A stretch of 56,226 bases of DNA from a virus. Its lineage: Duplodnaviria; Caudoviricetes. Positions within the stretch are counted from its first letter, which is position 1. Each line of letters opens with the position of its first letter. Of this stretch, positions 47,558 through 56,136 are shown one piece after another. The stretch covers positions 1 through 56,226 of the IMG/VR virus record IMGVR_UViG_3300020409_000022; one strand, 5' to 3'. A program made the translations under genes and the position numbers. A model generated the notes under the pieces. The model was not told the DNA's origin. It searched no databases and was given only the letters and a program-made list of their open reading frames with translations.

Positions 47558-48312
47558 ATCACTTCACTAATCTGTTCAATGTCATAATATTTTAAATCCT
47601 CTTTTAATCTTACTACACTAGCACTGACAATATAAGATAGGTATTTTTGTAAGTCAAGAGACTTTCTGGTGGCATCAGCGTCAAGACATATAAATACATG
47701 TTTAAATTTTTTTAATTGTGTTAAATCAGCATCTTTCATGTTAGTGCCTAACAATGCTACACCTGTGAACTTGGTTGAAACTGCACAAGCACTGGCGGCA
47801 TCTTCTACTAATATTGCATATTCATGTGAACCACAAAAAAACAACTTCTGTGATTTGCCATACCTATACCATTTTGGTATAACTTTTTTATTTAAACTAC
47901 GACCAATCGCATCAAAATGTTGTGAACCATCAGAGACTACAAAAACAACTCTGTCTTGTTTTGGGTCATACAGTATCTTTGCCCGTTTATCTTGGAGGGC
48001 ATCAAGACAGTTATTATATTTTAAATAGGTAAGTGCTTTTTGATTGTTGTGAACCGATACAAAATAATCAGGCAACTGAAAGGAAGGCTGATAGTAAGAA
48101 GAAAGAATGATAGTTTTGATGTCTGACTTTGACCTTTTTGTTTCTTTGCCACCTTTTATCTTGCAAGATGCTTTGTAACAATTCCACAATAGTTTGCCGT
48201 GCATTTTTGTAATAGTAAATGTATTTCTGCCAGAACACATAGGGCAGTTTACTCGAATGGAAATATTTTCGTTGGGTTGATTTTGTTCTATGAATTTATG
48301 TAAATTTATCAT
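47542..48312 (-). CDS. DNA primase (zinc ribbon + TOPRIM)
   Basis: CPMC...CYKASC; LVED; ALLGT; LDADA; ATG at 48312 preferred because track start 48372 is inside the promoter. Confidence 0.9.
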   Translation of the reverse strand: MINLHKFIEQNQPNENISIRVNCPMCSGRNTFTITKMHGKLLWNCYKASCKIKGGKETKRSKSDIKTIILSSYYQPSFQLPDYFVSVHNNQKALTYLKYNNCLDALQDKRAKILYDPKQDRVVFVVSDGSQHFDAIGRSLNKKVIPKWYRYGKSQKLFFCGSHEYAILVEDAASACAVSTKFTGVALLGTNMKDADLTQLKKFKHVFICLDADATRKSLDLQKYLSYIVSASVVRLKEDLKYYDIEQISEVIWKNN

Positions 48313-48343
48313 AGTGGTATAATTCCCCTCGGCAAGTTCTTCG

Positions 48344-48372
48344 CTTTTACCATAGGAATAAAAATGTGTCAA
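48344..48372 (-). promoter_or_regulatory. Promoter for the replication genes
   Basis: Minus strand TTGACA, 17-nt spacer, TG-G-TAAAAG. Confidence 0.55.
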
Positions 48373-48373
48373 G

Positions 48374-48423
48374 AAAAAAAATCCCCAAGACTACAGATAA
48401 GGAGGAAAAAAGTCTTGGGGATT
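48374..48423 (-). terminator. Terminator ending the early region; 13-bp stem, 18-nt loop
   Basis: Minus strand AATCCCCAAGACT/AGTCTTGGGGATT followed by a T-run. Confidence 0.75.
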
Positions 48424-48432
48424 ACTTATTGG

Positions 48433-48717
48433 TTACTTTGAAACTTTAGTGATGACCTCTTGTTTCTTAGCAAACCTATAAGTTCTGTAGTAGTTTGGGT
48501 GTTCGCAGCCTTCATGCTTTGGAACTTCCAAACCAAATATGTCTTCGAAAAAATATTGAACAAAAAGTAAATCACACATTTGGTCATAAGAAACTGGAAC
48601 ATTGTCCTTTACCATATTGGTTACTTCTTTTAGTCTGTTCATATTCTCAATTAATCTTTCTTTTGTTTCTTCATCAAGATTAACTATATTTTTCATAAAT
48701 TTGTCTGATATTTGCAT
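48433..48717 (-). CDS. Hypothetical protein
   Basis: 94 aa; AGGAG SD. Confidence 0.7.
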   Translation of the reverse strand: MQISDKFMKNIVNLDEETKERLIENMNRLKEVTNMVKDNVPVSYDQMCDLLFVQYFFEDIFGLEVPKHEGCEHPNYYRTYRFAKKQEVITKVSK

Positions 48718-48726
48718 AATACTCTC

Positions 48727-48813
48727 CTATAAATTTGCAACTGTTAAAAGACAAGCCCACATGGTAGCAACCACAAGGGCACCTACAAATAAACTAATAA
48801 ACCATTCATACAT
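48727..48813 (-). CDS. 28-aa hydrophobic peptide (not in ORF track)
   Basis: MYEWFISLFVGALVVATMWACLLTVANL; AAGGAG SD. Confidence 0.55.
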   Translation of the reverse strand: MYEWFISLFVGALVVATMWACLLTVANL

Positions 48814-48955
48814 ATTTAGCTCTCCTTAATTTTTGCATTGAACATTTAAAACAATGTAAATAATGACTAAAGAAAAACATTTTGGTAACTTCAAAAGTTT
48901 TCCCACAAGATGCACATTTATGTTTGGCATTAGTGTCTATAACTACTGTATTCAT
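48806..48955 (-). CDS. 49-aa C4 zinc-finger peptide (not in ORF track)
   Basis: CASC...CFKC; AAGGAG SD; ATGA overlap with upstream ORF. Confidence 0.6.
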   Translation of the reverse strand: MNTVVIDTNAKHKCASCGKTFEVTKMFFFSHYLHCFKCSMQKLRRAKYV

Positions 48956-49161
48956 GGCAACTCCTTTTCTGCTATGGCTTTATATATTTCTTCTGTTTCT
49001 AAATTTTTCATATACTCTTTGGCACTCCTTTCATTTACATGAGTATATACCTCAAAGCCGTTTGAGTCAAAAACACAATAATAATCTTTACAACCACTAC
49101 CTCGAATAACCTCAAGGTAATGGTTGTCTGTGGCAAATAGCACATTCGGAGGTAACGACAT
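48952..49161 (-). CDS. Hypothetical protein
   Basis: 69 aa; TAATG-coupled to the peptidase. Confidence 0.65.
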   Translation of the reverse strand: MSLPPNVLFATDNHYLEVIRGSGCKDYYCVFDSNGFEVYTHVNERSAKEYMKNLETEEIYKAIAEKELP

Positions 49162-50534
49162 TAGAAGTCAAACCCACGATTGTAAAGACTAGCCTCAGAA
49201 TCTTCTTCTACAGATTGCCCAGTACAATCTTCTATGCCTTTGTCGTACCCAGCATCATAGGTATCTACAACTAATTCTGCTATATCATTAAAAGACATAT
49301 CTTCATTAATCATATGATACTTGACTCTATCTCTCTTTTGTTGCTCTGACTCTTTTTCTTGAAAACCCTCTGTTGGGTCAAATGTAAGTTTCTTCACAAC
49401 ATTGTTAGCCTTGTCAATAAGTGATTGATACTTGTTTCTAGGAGTTCTCACAGTTTTAGTTGACCTAGTAAACTTGTTATCGCCCATACTGTACAAATTG
49501 CTACGATAGTTACGACCATAAGTGAATCTGGATTGCTTTTGTCTGACACATGGAAGTTTGTCCCATTCCATCTTGAGTAAGCTAGGAATCAAATGAACTT
49601 CTAACCACTCCAAGTCAAACTGCTCATCACGAGTGTGCTGACTTTTGTAGCCAACTGCAATATTAGTACACTCTTGTATCAAACCAGTGTAGTTTGCAGA
49701 ATCTGTAAAACTACCAAAAGTAGATGGTTTCATTTGTTCCTTTGGAGGAAGAAACGCATTCATCTGTTCACAAAAAGACTCAGCAAATTTATCAGAACAA
49801 CAAGTGCCACCACTTTGACGAGTGATTACATCATTGTATCCATATCGGTCAAAAGCAATACAGTAATTCATACCTGCCACAATCTCTGGTGTTTCTTCAC
49901 TAATATAGGTAGAGCCGATACCTCCACACTCTTCGCCAACATGAAATACATACAGACCATCAATACCATTCTCAATAAGTTTGCACATAATGTAACAACC
50001 AAGTTTGTCATCAGCACCAAGCACAGTTGGAGACATAACAGTTTTTTGCACAACTCTTACCTTGTTAGCTTTGAAATCTTTAGCTGACATACTAGATAAT
50101 TCTTTCTCAGAATATTCTTTGTCGCCCTTACCAACAAAACCGATATCAACATCATCAAAACTAGCTTTGACATACTTGTCATCAGATATGTGAAGGTTAA
50201 TCAAAGTCTGGTCATCATCATGCACAGTATCCATGTGAGAGCTAAACATAACTTTACTCGCTTTGTAGTCGCCTACATGAACAATTAAGTTACCTTTTTT
50301 GTCTACCATGATATCGTCTGTGTATTTACGAATATGATTAGACAAAATGTTACGAACTATAGACTCATTCTGTGTACTTCCATGAGAGGAAGCATTTGTC
50401 AACAAGTCAAATAGTAAGACATTCATGTCTTTCCCTCGTTTAACTAAAGGCATATCCTTTATGTTTAACTTCTCTTCTTTTTCATGGTTGTAAAGACCAC
50501 CATAATAGCCATTATTACTTAAGTAATGCATCAC
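49161..50534 (-). CDS. M20/M28-clan co-catalytic zinc peptidase
   Basis: SHMDTVH, LGADDKLG, GEECGG, AFDR, TDS, VGY..QHT..E. Confidence 0.88.
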   Translation of the reverse strand: MMHYLSNNGYYGGLYNHEKEEKLNIKDMPLVKRGKDMNVLLFDLLTNASSHGSTQNESIVRNILSNHIRKYTDDIMVDKKGNLIVHVGDYKASKVMFSSHMDTVHDDDQTLINLHISDDKYVKASFDDVDIGFVGKGDKEYSEKELSSMSAKDFKANKVRVVQKTVMSPTVLGADDKLGCYIMCKLIENGIDGLYVFHVGEECGGIGSTYISEETPEIVAGMNYCIAFDRYGYNDVITRQSGGTCCSDKFAESFCEQMNAFLPPKEQMKPSTFGSFTDSANYTGLIQECTNIAVGYKSQHTRDEQFDLEWLEVHLIPSLLKMEWDKLPCVRQKQSRFTYGRNYRSNLYSMGDNKFTRSTKTVRTPRNKYQSLIDKANNVVKKLTFDPTEGFQEKESEQQKRDRVKYHMINEDMSFNDIAELVVDTYDAGYDKGIEDCTGQSVEEDSEASLYNRGFDF

Positions 50535-52582
50535 TTTTCTCCTTTGTTAGTGATTGTTATATTGTTTCTAATTTTTGCGACATCAATGCCTGGAAGAAGT
50601 ATGTCACTGAAAAATTCATCAAATGATTTATTTGAAAACTCTTCAATAGCATTTCCCTCCATGCTCACCATATCAAACTCCACGCTGTCGCCAATGGAAT
50701 CTAGGGATACATATTTTATACTGTAAGGAACACTAATTCTCTTTCTCACAAAAGTATCTTGTTTTGGCATACCACGAGTATTGTCGTGATATGGCAGAAG
50801 CTGACAAAAATTATTAATTGATGTTAGCTTGTTTGAAAACACAAAAGGTCTTGAAAGACCAGAACCTATAAACTGCACCTTTAGTTCTTGACCATCTGGT
50901 GCATACAAGACATCTCTAGCACAATAATTGTGATAAGATATAAAGTAATCACCCTCTGTGTCTGCCCAAGAAAAAGGAACATAAGTGTATATGTCGACAT
51001 TATTGATAGCAGCTTGTAAGTTACTCACATAGCCACCTTGACAATACAGTTGTATAACTTGTTTACTGCTTTCATCTCGTCTTCTTTGGAACTCTGGCTG
51101 ATTAATCCATTCCATGTGACTTGATGAATGCCAAGTCATTTGACCATCTTCCTCAGCACAGAAAGAACCACAATACAGTTGACCATCAGCAGTTCTCATA
51201 AGTTCTTCGGGTTCATCATATACATCTCCACAGTTGACACATTGCACCTCTTGGTTACCTCTGCCATAAGTATACACACCTCTTGTTGATGATACATCTG
51301 GAGTGAACGCACTTCTTCTGTACTTGTAACCAGAGTTTGTAGATGAGGTCTTGATAAAGTACTTGTTACACAATCTTTCATCAGAGTAAATATCTCTCTT
51401 CAAGTTGTTGAACAGTACAAAATCAAATTCTTGCGTTTCCTTGTTGTACTTGCCAATTATATATCTACGAGGCAAAGTGTCAAAGTAAGGAAAAGGACAA
51501 GCAGCAACTCCATCAAACACAGCTTGAGGCATAGAGAACTCTAGTACTTCACTAGCTTTGTAAAACACTTCATCTCTAACTTGGTATACCCAATCATCAC
51601 CAGAGAAAGGCTTGTATACAACTCCGTGTTTCTTAAGTTCTTCTTTCATTCGGTCTTCGTATACATGCTTGTTGTAGTAAATCCTAACTGCATACTCTTG
51701 TCCACCCACTTCATAAGTAAGACACCTAGCAAGAACAGTAGTCCCTCTTGAAATGTAATAACCCCAAACTTTAGGACAGTAAGCATAGAACTCCAACGGA
51801 TGTCTGTCGGCAGGCAAAGCAAATCCATTACGAGAATCCATACAAGATTGTGGAGAATCTTTACCACCATACTTGTACATATCGCCATAATGTTTGACAA
51901 ATTCTTTGCCACCACTAGCAAATCGGTAAACCTCAACTGGCTTGTAAATATCCATCATTTTTTCTGCCATGTTGTCAACCAAAGTAGCATTAAGAGGTTG
52001 GTTATCTTTATCAACAACACACCTAGCCAAAGCTCTAGTCAAACTCATGTGAAGTCGTTTTGACAGAGTTTTACTACCTCTGTAAAATGGCAACCACCTT
52101 TGTTTCAAAGTTTCATCTGCAAGATTGTCTACAACTTTCTGTTGCATAACAGAAGTGAAATGAGGAAAAAATGGATTCTCATTTGTCAGCCTATGCCCGT
52201 TGTTCTCATGCCCTTTGTAGTCATCAAGTTGTAAGTTTGGAAAAGCAATAGCTCCCTCTGGAGGAGCATCTTTTCCATTAGACCAGTTAAATATAACTGG
52301 ATATAGAAACTTAAGGTTGACAGAGTTCCAATAGCGATTGTTACCCTTTTGACATGCACGATAAGCGTCTTCAACTTGTTGAGTGAACTCAGTAAAAGGT
52401 TTAGCAAGAATGTATAGCTTTCTTGAGATAGCCACTTGTATTGGGTGAATAGTCTCTTTCATAAATACAAAATGGTCTTTATTCAAACCATTGTGTGAGA
52501 TATATTGAGTCAGTTCATCATTAAGTTTTGTTCTTCTTGCAGTATGTTCTTTAGGATTAATTGATGCAATTCTGGGCATCAT
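50531..52582 (-). CDS. Large unknown early protein with SCM motif and zinc finger (683 aa)
   Basis: QSCMD...LARCL...RIYY...PYFDT core; CVNC...C..FC finger; coupled to the peptidase. Confidence 0.8.
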   Translation of the reverse strand: MMPRIASINPKEHTARRTKLNDELTQYISHNGLNKDHFVFMKETIHPIQVAISRKLYILAKPFTEFTQQVEDAYRACQKGNNRYWNSVNLKFLYPVIFNWSNGKDAPPEGAIAFPNLQLDDYKGHENNGHRLTNENPFFPHFTSVMQQKVVDNLADETLKQRWLPFYRGSKTLSKRLHMSLTRALARCVVDKDNQPLNATLVDNMAEKMMDIYKPVEVYRFASGGKEFVKHYGDMYKYGGKDSPQSCMDSRNGFALPADRHPLEFYAYCPKVWGYYISRGTTVLARCLTYEVGGQEYAVRIYYNKHVYEDRMKEELKKHGVVYKPFSGDDWVYQVRDEVFYKASEVLEFSMPQAVFDGVAACPFPYFDTLPRRYIIGKYNKETQEFDFVLFNNLKRDIYSDERLCNKYFIKTSSTNSGYKYRRSAFTPDVSSTRGVYTYGRGNQEVQCVNCGDVYDEPEELMRTADGQLYCGSFCAEEDGQMTWHSSSHMEWINQPEFQRRRDESSKQVIQLYCQGGYVSNLQAAINNVDIYTYVPFSWADTEGDYFISYHNYCARDVLYAPDGQELKVQFIGSGLSRPFVFSNKLTSINNFCQLLPYHDNTRGMPKQDTFVRKRISVPYSIKYVSLDSIGDSVEFDMVSMEGNAIEEFSNKSFDEFFSDILLPGIDVAKIRNNITITNKGEK

Positions 52583-53148
52583 TCCCTCCCTTCAATTATA
52601 GAAAACATTGCTTGTCCTCGTAAAGCCACAACAGAACCAGATGCAATTTCAACAATTCTATCGTGAGCGTCATCATATCCATCTACTGCAAACTCAACAT
52701 CAAGTTGCCTAGTTAGTTGCATAGCAAACACTTTATTAGGATAGCTTTGATGTCTGTCGAATAGCAGAAACAAGTGAGGTCTGCCCTTGTCATCTAACTT
52801 ATCTTTTACTGAAATAACTGGACAGTTGACAGTATTCTTAAGATAATCCTCAGACAACATAAGAATCTTTGGAGTATCAAGCATATTGATTGTCACTTGT
52901 CCATAGCCAATAACTATGACATCTTTACCAGTACTGTGACTTCGTGGCGTAACAGTAGCAAAAGCATGCAATGGTGTGTGACCATCTAGTCGAAAGCCAA
53001 ACACAAAATCATCATTTCTGCCCATAGCGACATACTTTCTGCCATCTGAAGTGCCACTTGATACATACCTAAATACAGACCCAGCTTTTAAGTCTGTGCG
53101 TTTACATTGTTTTCCTACAAGTTGTAGAATAATTTTACTAGATAACAT
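52579..53148 (-). CDS. Hypothetical beta-rich protein
   Basis: 189 aa; AAGGAG SD; coupled to the 683-aa gene. Confidence 0.75.
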   Translation of the reverse strand: MLSSKIILQLVGKQCKRTDLKAGSVFRYVSSGTSDGRKYVAMGRNDDFVFGFRLDGHTPLHAFATVTPRSHSTGKDVIVIGYGQVTINMLDTPKILMLSEDYLKNTVNCPVISVKDKLDDKGRPHLFLLFDRHQSYPNKVFAMQLTRQLDVEFAVDGYDDAHDRIVEIASGSVVALRGQAMFSIIEGRE

Positions 53149-53590
53149 ATTGATTTCTCCTTTTTGTTTCAGTTAAATGATATCTTCTGTCTAAATCACC
53201 ATCAAGCAATCGCTTGAGAGCGAATGAGTTGTAAGCAAAAGTCTCGGTCTTTAGGCTAAAGTTAGCACCAGCATTGTGGTCATCTGTGAAATACTTAACC
53301 ATTTCATTCCATTGCTTTTGAGCAATAGCCAGATAATAGCCTAGAGTTGCATCAGTTGAGAGAACATCACCAATCTCATTAGCATTGCACAACACAATAG
53401 TGTCCATGATTCTTCTCTTTCTGTGATACCAGTAGTAGTATTTTCTGCTATTGTCTAAGTCATAGGCAAGCATTCTAACTTTATACTTGCCATCATTGAA
53501 ACCATCAATTTTGCCGAGCAATCTAAAAGCATCACATCTGGTGCTATAGTAGACTTGCACAACTTTACCATCTTCAAATCGTCTAGGCAT
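53138..53590 (-). CDS. Hypothetical protein
   Basis: Start MPRRFEDG at 53590 with GGAG SD preferred over track start 53653. Confidence 0.7.
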   Translation of the reverse strand: MPRRFEDGKVVQVYYSTRCDAFRLLGKIDGFNDGKYKVRMLAYDLDNSRKYYYWYHRKRRIMDTIVLCNANEIGDVLSTDATLGYYLAIAQKQWNEMVKYFTDDHNAGANFSLKTETFAYNSFALKRLLDGDLDRRYHLTETKRRNQYVI

Positions 53591-53840
53591 TTTTGTCTCC
53601 CAGAGTTTTTGATAGTTCGTGGTCGTAGTTTTTTGGACTACAGCCAACTTCATAGACTTGTTGCCTAGTGGTTACGGGTTGGTATGCACCTTTGTGCAAC
53701 GGAATACTAGCGTAAGTATTCTTAATACTATAATCCATAGCAGAAGCACAAGTAGTACAAAGATGAGCGAAGTGCTTAGCGACAGACCTACGCTCAATAG
53801 GAATGTCGGTGTAACATTGTGTACATTCATAATATGTCAT
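53583..53840 (-). CDS. DksA/TraR-type C4 zinc-finger protein
   Basis: CTQC-x3-IP-x-ER-x10-CTTC; GAGGT SD. Confidence 0.65.
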   Translation of the reverse strand: MTYYECTQCYTDIPIERRSVAKHFAHLCTTCASAMDYSIKNTYASIPLHKGAYQPVTTRQQVYEVGCSPKNYDHELSKTLGDKNA

Positions 53841-53861
53841 AATCCTTTACCTCGTGAATGT

Positions 53862-53937
53862 TGGTGATGCCTGGAGGATTCGAACCTCCGTTGCCGCTGT
53901 GAAAGAGCGATGTCCTAGACCACTAGACGAAGGCATC
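53862..53937 (-). tRNA. trnE: tRNA-Glu (anticodon UUC), CCA encoded
   Basis: GATGCCT/AGGCATC acceptor stem, D arm, TCGCT-CTTTCAC-AGCGG anticodon arm, GGAGG-TTCGAAT-CCTCC T arm, ACCA end; 76 nt. Confidence 0.96.
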
Positions 53938-53961
53938 AGTTAGTTATTTATTTACTCTTAT

Positions 53962-53990
53962 ATAATAGCAAAACCCCGTCTGCTATGCAA
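53962..53990 (-). promoter_or_regulatory. Early sigma70-type promoter upstream of the tRNA
   Basis: TTGCAT, 17-nt spacer, TG-C-TATTAT; near copy of the promoter at 56137-56165. Confidence 0.75.
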
Positions 53991-54003
53991 ACAAACGGGG
54001 CTT
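53970..54003 (-). terminator. Terminator hairpin overlapping the tRNA promoter
   Basis: Minus RNA GCCCCGUUUG...CAGACGGGG followed by UUUU; G-U pairs favour the - strand. Confidence 0.65.
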
Positions 54004-54033
54004 CTTCGGGAGGAAACTTATGGTGAAAAGTAT

Positions 54034-54255
54034 TTAAACTTTCACTATTTGAGACTTGCTCAAATATGAGTTCAACTGTTCACCAGAGTGATTTATTCTG
54101 TGTTGCTTAAATGCTCTCATAAATCTGTCAACATCAAATCTTCTGTTATCAGATTTAAAGTATCCACACAAAGCAACAATATTGTCGTGAGATATATTTG
54201 AATATCCAAGTATTCTTGCTATATCTTCATAGTGTTTTCTTGAGTACTTACTCAT
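54034..54255 (-). CDS. Small early hypothetical protein
   Basis: SRKHYEDIA...F..DN.RFD.DRF..A motif; AGGAGG SD. Confidence 0.75.
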   Translation of the reverse strand: MSKYSRKHYEDIARILGYSNISHDNIVALCGYFKSDNRRFDVDRFMRAFKQHRINHSGEQLNSYLSKSQIVKV

Positions 54256-54439
54256 TATTACCTCCTTTCTCTTTACAGCCTACATAAATAACTTCATGTG
54301 AACCAAAATCTAAATTATCAAAATTGTGAATGACAAACTTTCTGCATTCTTCTTTTGTTAAAAAAACATGGTCAAACACAGTTGTGCCTATTTGCCTATC
54401 AGTATTCATGAGCAATGCCCAAGCAACAAACCAAGTCAT
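54248..54439 (-). CDS. Small early hypothetical protein
   Basis: 63 aa; TAAGGAGG SD. Confidence 0.7.
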   Translation of the reverse strand: MTWFVAWALLMNTDRQIGTTVFDHVFLTKEECRKFVIHNFDNLDFGSHEVIYVGCKEKGGNNE

Positions 54440-54440
54440 T

Positions 54441-54611
54441 CTAAAACCTCCTTACTTTAGATGAACAACTACTACAACAATCTTTTGTAACATAATTGTC
54501 CCAAGCAAAATTCCAATCATCTATTGTAAGTTCTTCAACGATAAAATCTTTTTTGCATACATTACACTTAATAACATCTTCTTCTATTATATCACTTAAA
54601 TATTGAGTCAT
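54441..54611 (-). CDS. 56-aa Cys-rich peptide (not in ORF track)
   Basis: CNVC...CCSSC; ATGA overlap; GGAG SD. Confidence 0.6.
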   Translation of the reverse strand: MTQYLSDIIEEDVIKCNVCKKDFIVEELTIDDWNFAWDNYVTKDCCSSCSSKVRRF

Positions 54612-54856
54612 ACTAACTCTCCATTAGAATATCTCACAATCTCAAACTTCTTCAATGTGTGCAGTTCTTCAGGTCTTAATTTCCATCTTGCACCAACAGA
54701 TATTTCGTACCACCTATCTATATTATCTCGAACATCTCCATAGACTTCATCAATGAGTTCTTGATTGGTGTCAAAATTCTGAGGCTTTGTGAATACAGAA
54801 TATTCGCTGTAAGTACGATATGAACTTTCTGAAATGTCAAATCTTACCAACATCAT
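54608..54856 (-). CDS. Small early hypothetical protein
   Basis: 82 aa; GAGG SD; coupled. Confidence 0.7.
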   Translation of the reverse strand: MMLVRFDISESSYRTYSEYSVFTKPQNFDTNQELIDEVYGDVRDNIDRWYEISVGARWKLRPEELHTLKKFEIVRYSNGELV

Positions 54857-55029
54857 TGTGAACGAGCCTCAAATAGTTTATCTGCTAATGCAGAAACATA
54901 TTCATCTAAAACTGCTGATTCAGTTTTTAGACCATGCTCTTCACAAGCATTTTGAAACTCATCAATAGTCATCTCAGATACTTCATCAAGAATATCTTCT
55001 TTGATTCTGTCGTTGTGTTCATTACTCAT
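54853..55029 (-). CDS. 58-aa highly acidic peptide (not in ORF track)
   Basis: MSNEHNDRIKEDILDEVSEMTIDEFQNACEEHGLKTESAVLDEYVSALADKLFEARSQ; TAAGGAGG SD. Confidence 0.7.
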   Translation of the reverse strand: MSNEHNDRIKEDILDEVSEMTIDEFQNACEEHGLKTESAVLDEYVSALADKLFEARSQ

Positions 55030-55171
55030 TTATCCCTCCTTACATGATACAACTTCTCTTGAATTATATTATCTATTTTACTTAAAGTGTCTTTGCCACT
55101 TTGTGACATTCTGTCTATGTCAAAAAATAAATCTTGCACTAACTTATATAATATCTTCAGTTCTTTATTAT

Positions 55172-55381
55172 TCATTTATTCCTCCTTATGTGAACTATAT
55201 CCATGTGATTAACATATTTATTAAATGAACCTTGAGCAGACATTAAATCTGTCAAAGCATTTTGTAACAAATCATCATTTGATTTAATGGACAAAGTGTA
55301 ACTTTGTAATTTACTAATGAGAGCAGATAATTTATTTCTGTCGTCATATAAGTCATTTATAAATTCATTACTCACTTGCAA
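55172..55381 (-). CDS. Small early helical protein
   Basis: 69 aa; GGAGG SD. Confidence 0.7.
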   Translation of the reverse strand: MQVSNEFINDLYDDRNKLSALISKLQSYTLSIKSNDDLLQNALTDLMSAQGSFNKYVNHMDIVHIRRNK

Positions 55382-55577
55382 CCTCCGTAATTGTGAATTT
55401 TAACCAGTCTGGTCGTTTAACGCATTTTCTCATACTAGATGAAAAATTAATATCTTGTTTAACAAGCTCAGTCGCTTTGTTATCAACTTCTTTCATGTTC
55501 TCACTAGAAAAGATAACTGGTTTCCCAGTTACCTTATCTTCATAAGTAATTTCGCAAAGTATAAAATATCTTTTCAT
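55368..55577 (-). CDS. Small early hypothetical protein
   Basis: 69 aa; AGGAG SD; TAATG coupling. Confidence 0.7.
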   Translation of the reverse strand: MKRYFILCEITYEDKVTGKPVIFSSENMKEVDNKATELVKQDINFSSSMRKCVKRPDWLKFTITEVASE

Positions 55578-55825
55578 TAATATCTCCTACGGCTAATTGA
55601 ACTGGCTCTCTCATCAATAATAAATGCTAACGCCATACAAATAACACCAAGAAAAGCCAGACCAACAAATGTCATACCTAGCAACTCAATGTTTCTAACA
55701 CCTGCAACAAAAAGAAATATTGGAATCATAAGTGCAAGTAAAACATTACCAAGAAAAGCATAGCCGAAATAATCGGCTACACTTCTCAATTTATTTATTC
55801 TTTGTAATCTTTCATGGTATCTCAT
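55577..55825 (-). CDS. Small early membrane protein (2 TM)
   Basis: Two hydrophobic helices; GGAG SD. Confidence 0.72.
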   Translation of the reverse strand: MRYHERLQRINKLRSVADYFGYAFLGNVLLALMIPIFLFVAGVRNIELLGMTFVGLAFLGVICMALAFIIDERASSISRRRY

Positions 55826-55826
55826 A

Positions 55827-56096
55827 TCAGTTCTCCAAGAAATAGTTTAAGTAAACTGCACCAGAATTTGCTTTAACAAACTGATACAACTTTTCTTTAT
55901 CTCTTGTGGGATATACACATTGAACACCATTAACTGTAATCAAATGAAGAAGTCCTTTCTTCCATAAGTTACGGACAATAGTGTCTTTGTGTCCACACAA
56001 AACATAAATGTTTCTATGTACAAAGCCAGTCTTCTCAGTTAACTGCATGAGTATATTCTGCAGAAAACTAGCCTCGTTTCTAAGTGTCAACTCCAT
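55827..56096 (-). CDS. First early gene, hypothetical
   Basis: 89 aa; GGGAG SD just downstream of the end promoter. Confidence 0.72.
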   Translation of the reverse strand: MELTLRNEASFLQNILMQLTEKTGFVHRNIYVLCGHKDTIVRNLWKKGLLHLITVNGVQCVYPTRDKEKLYQFVKANSGAVYLNYFLEN

Positions 56097-56136
56097 ATTT
56101 TTTCTCCCGATAAATAAGTTGATTTATTACTCTTAT

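Noticed and set aside
50531-52582. 683-aa early protein as a T7-like RNA polymerase
   Set aside because: Lacks recognisable single-subunit polymerase motifs (DxxGR, Rx3Kx7YG, HDS); the promoters found are sigma70-type
53862-53937. tRNA as a prophage attachment site
   Set aside because: No integrase, no duplicated tRNA 3' fragment, and phage-like genes on both sides
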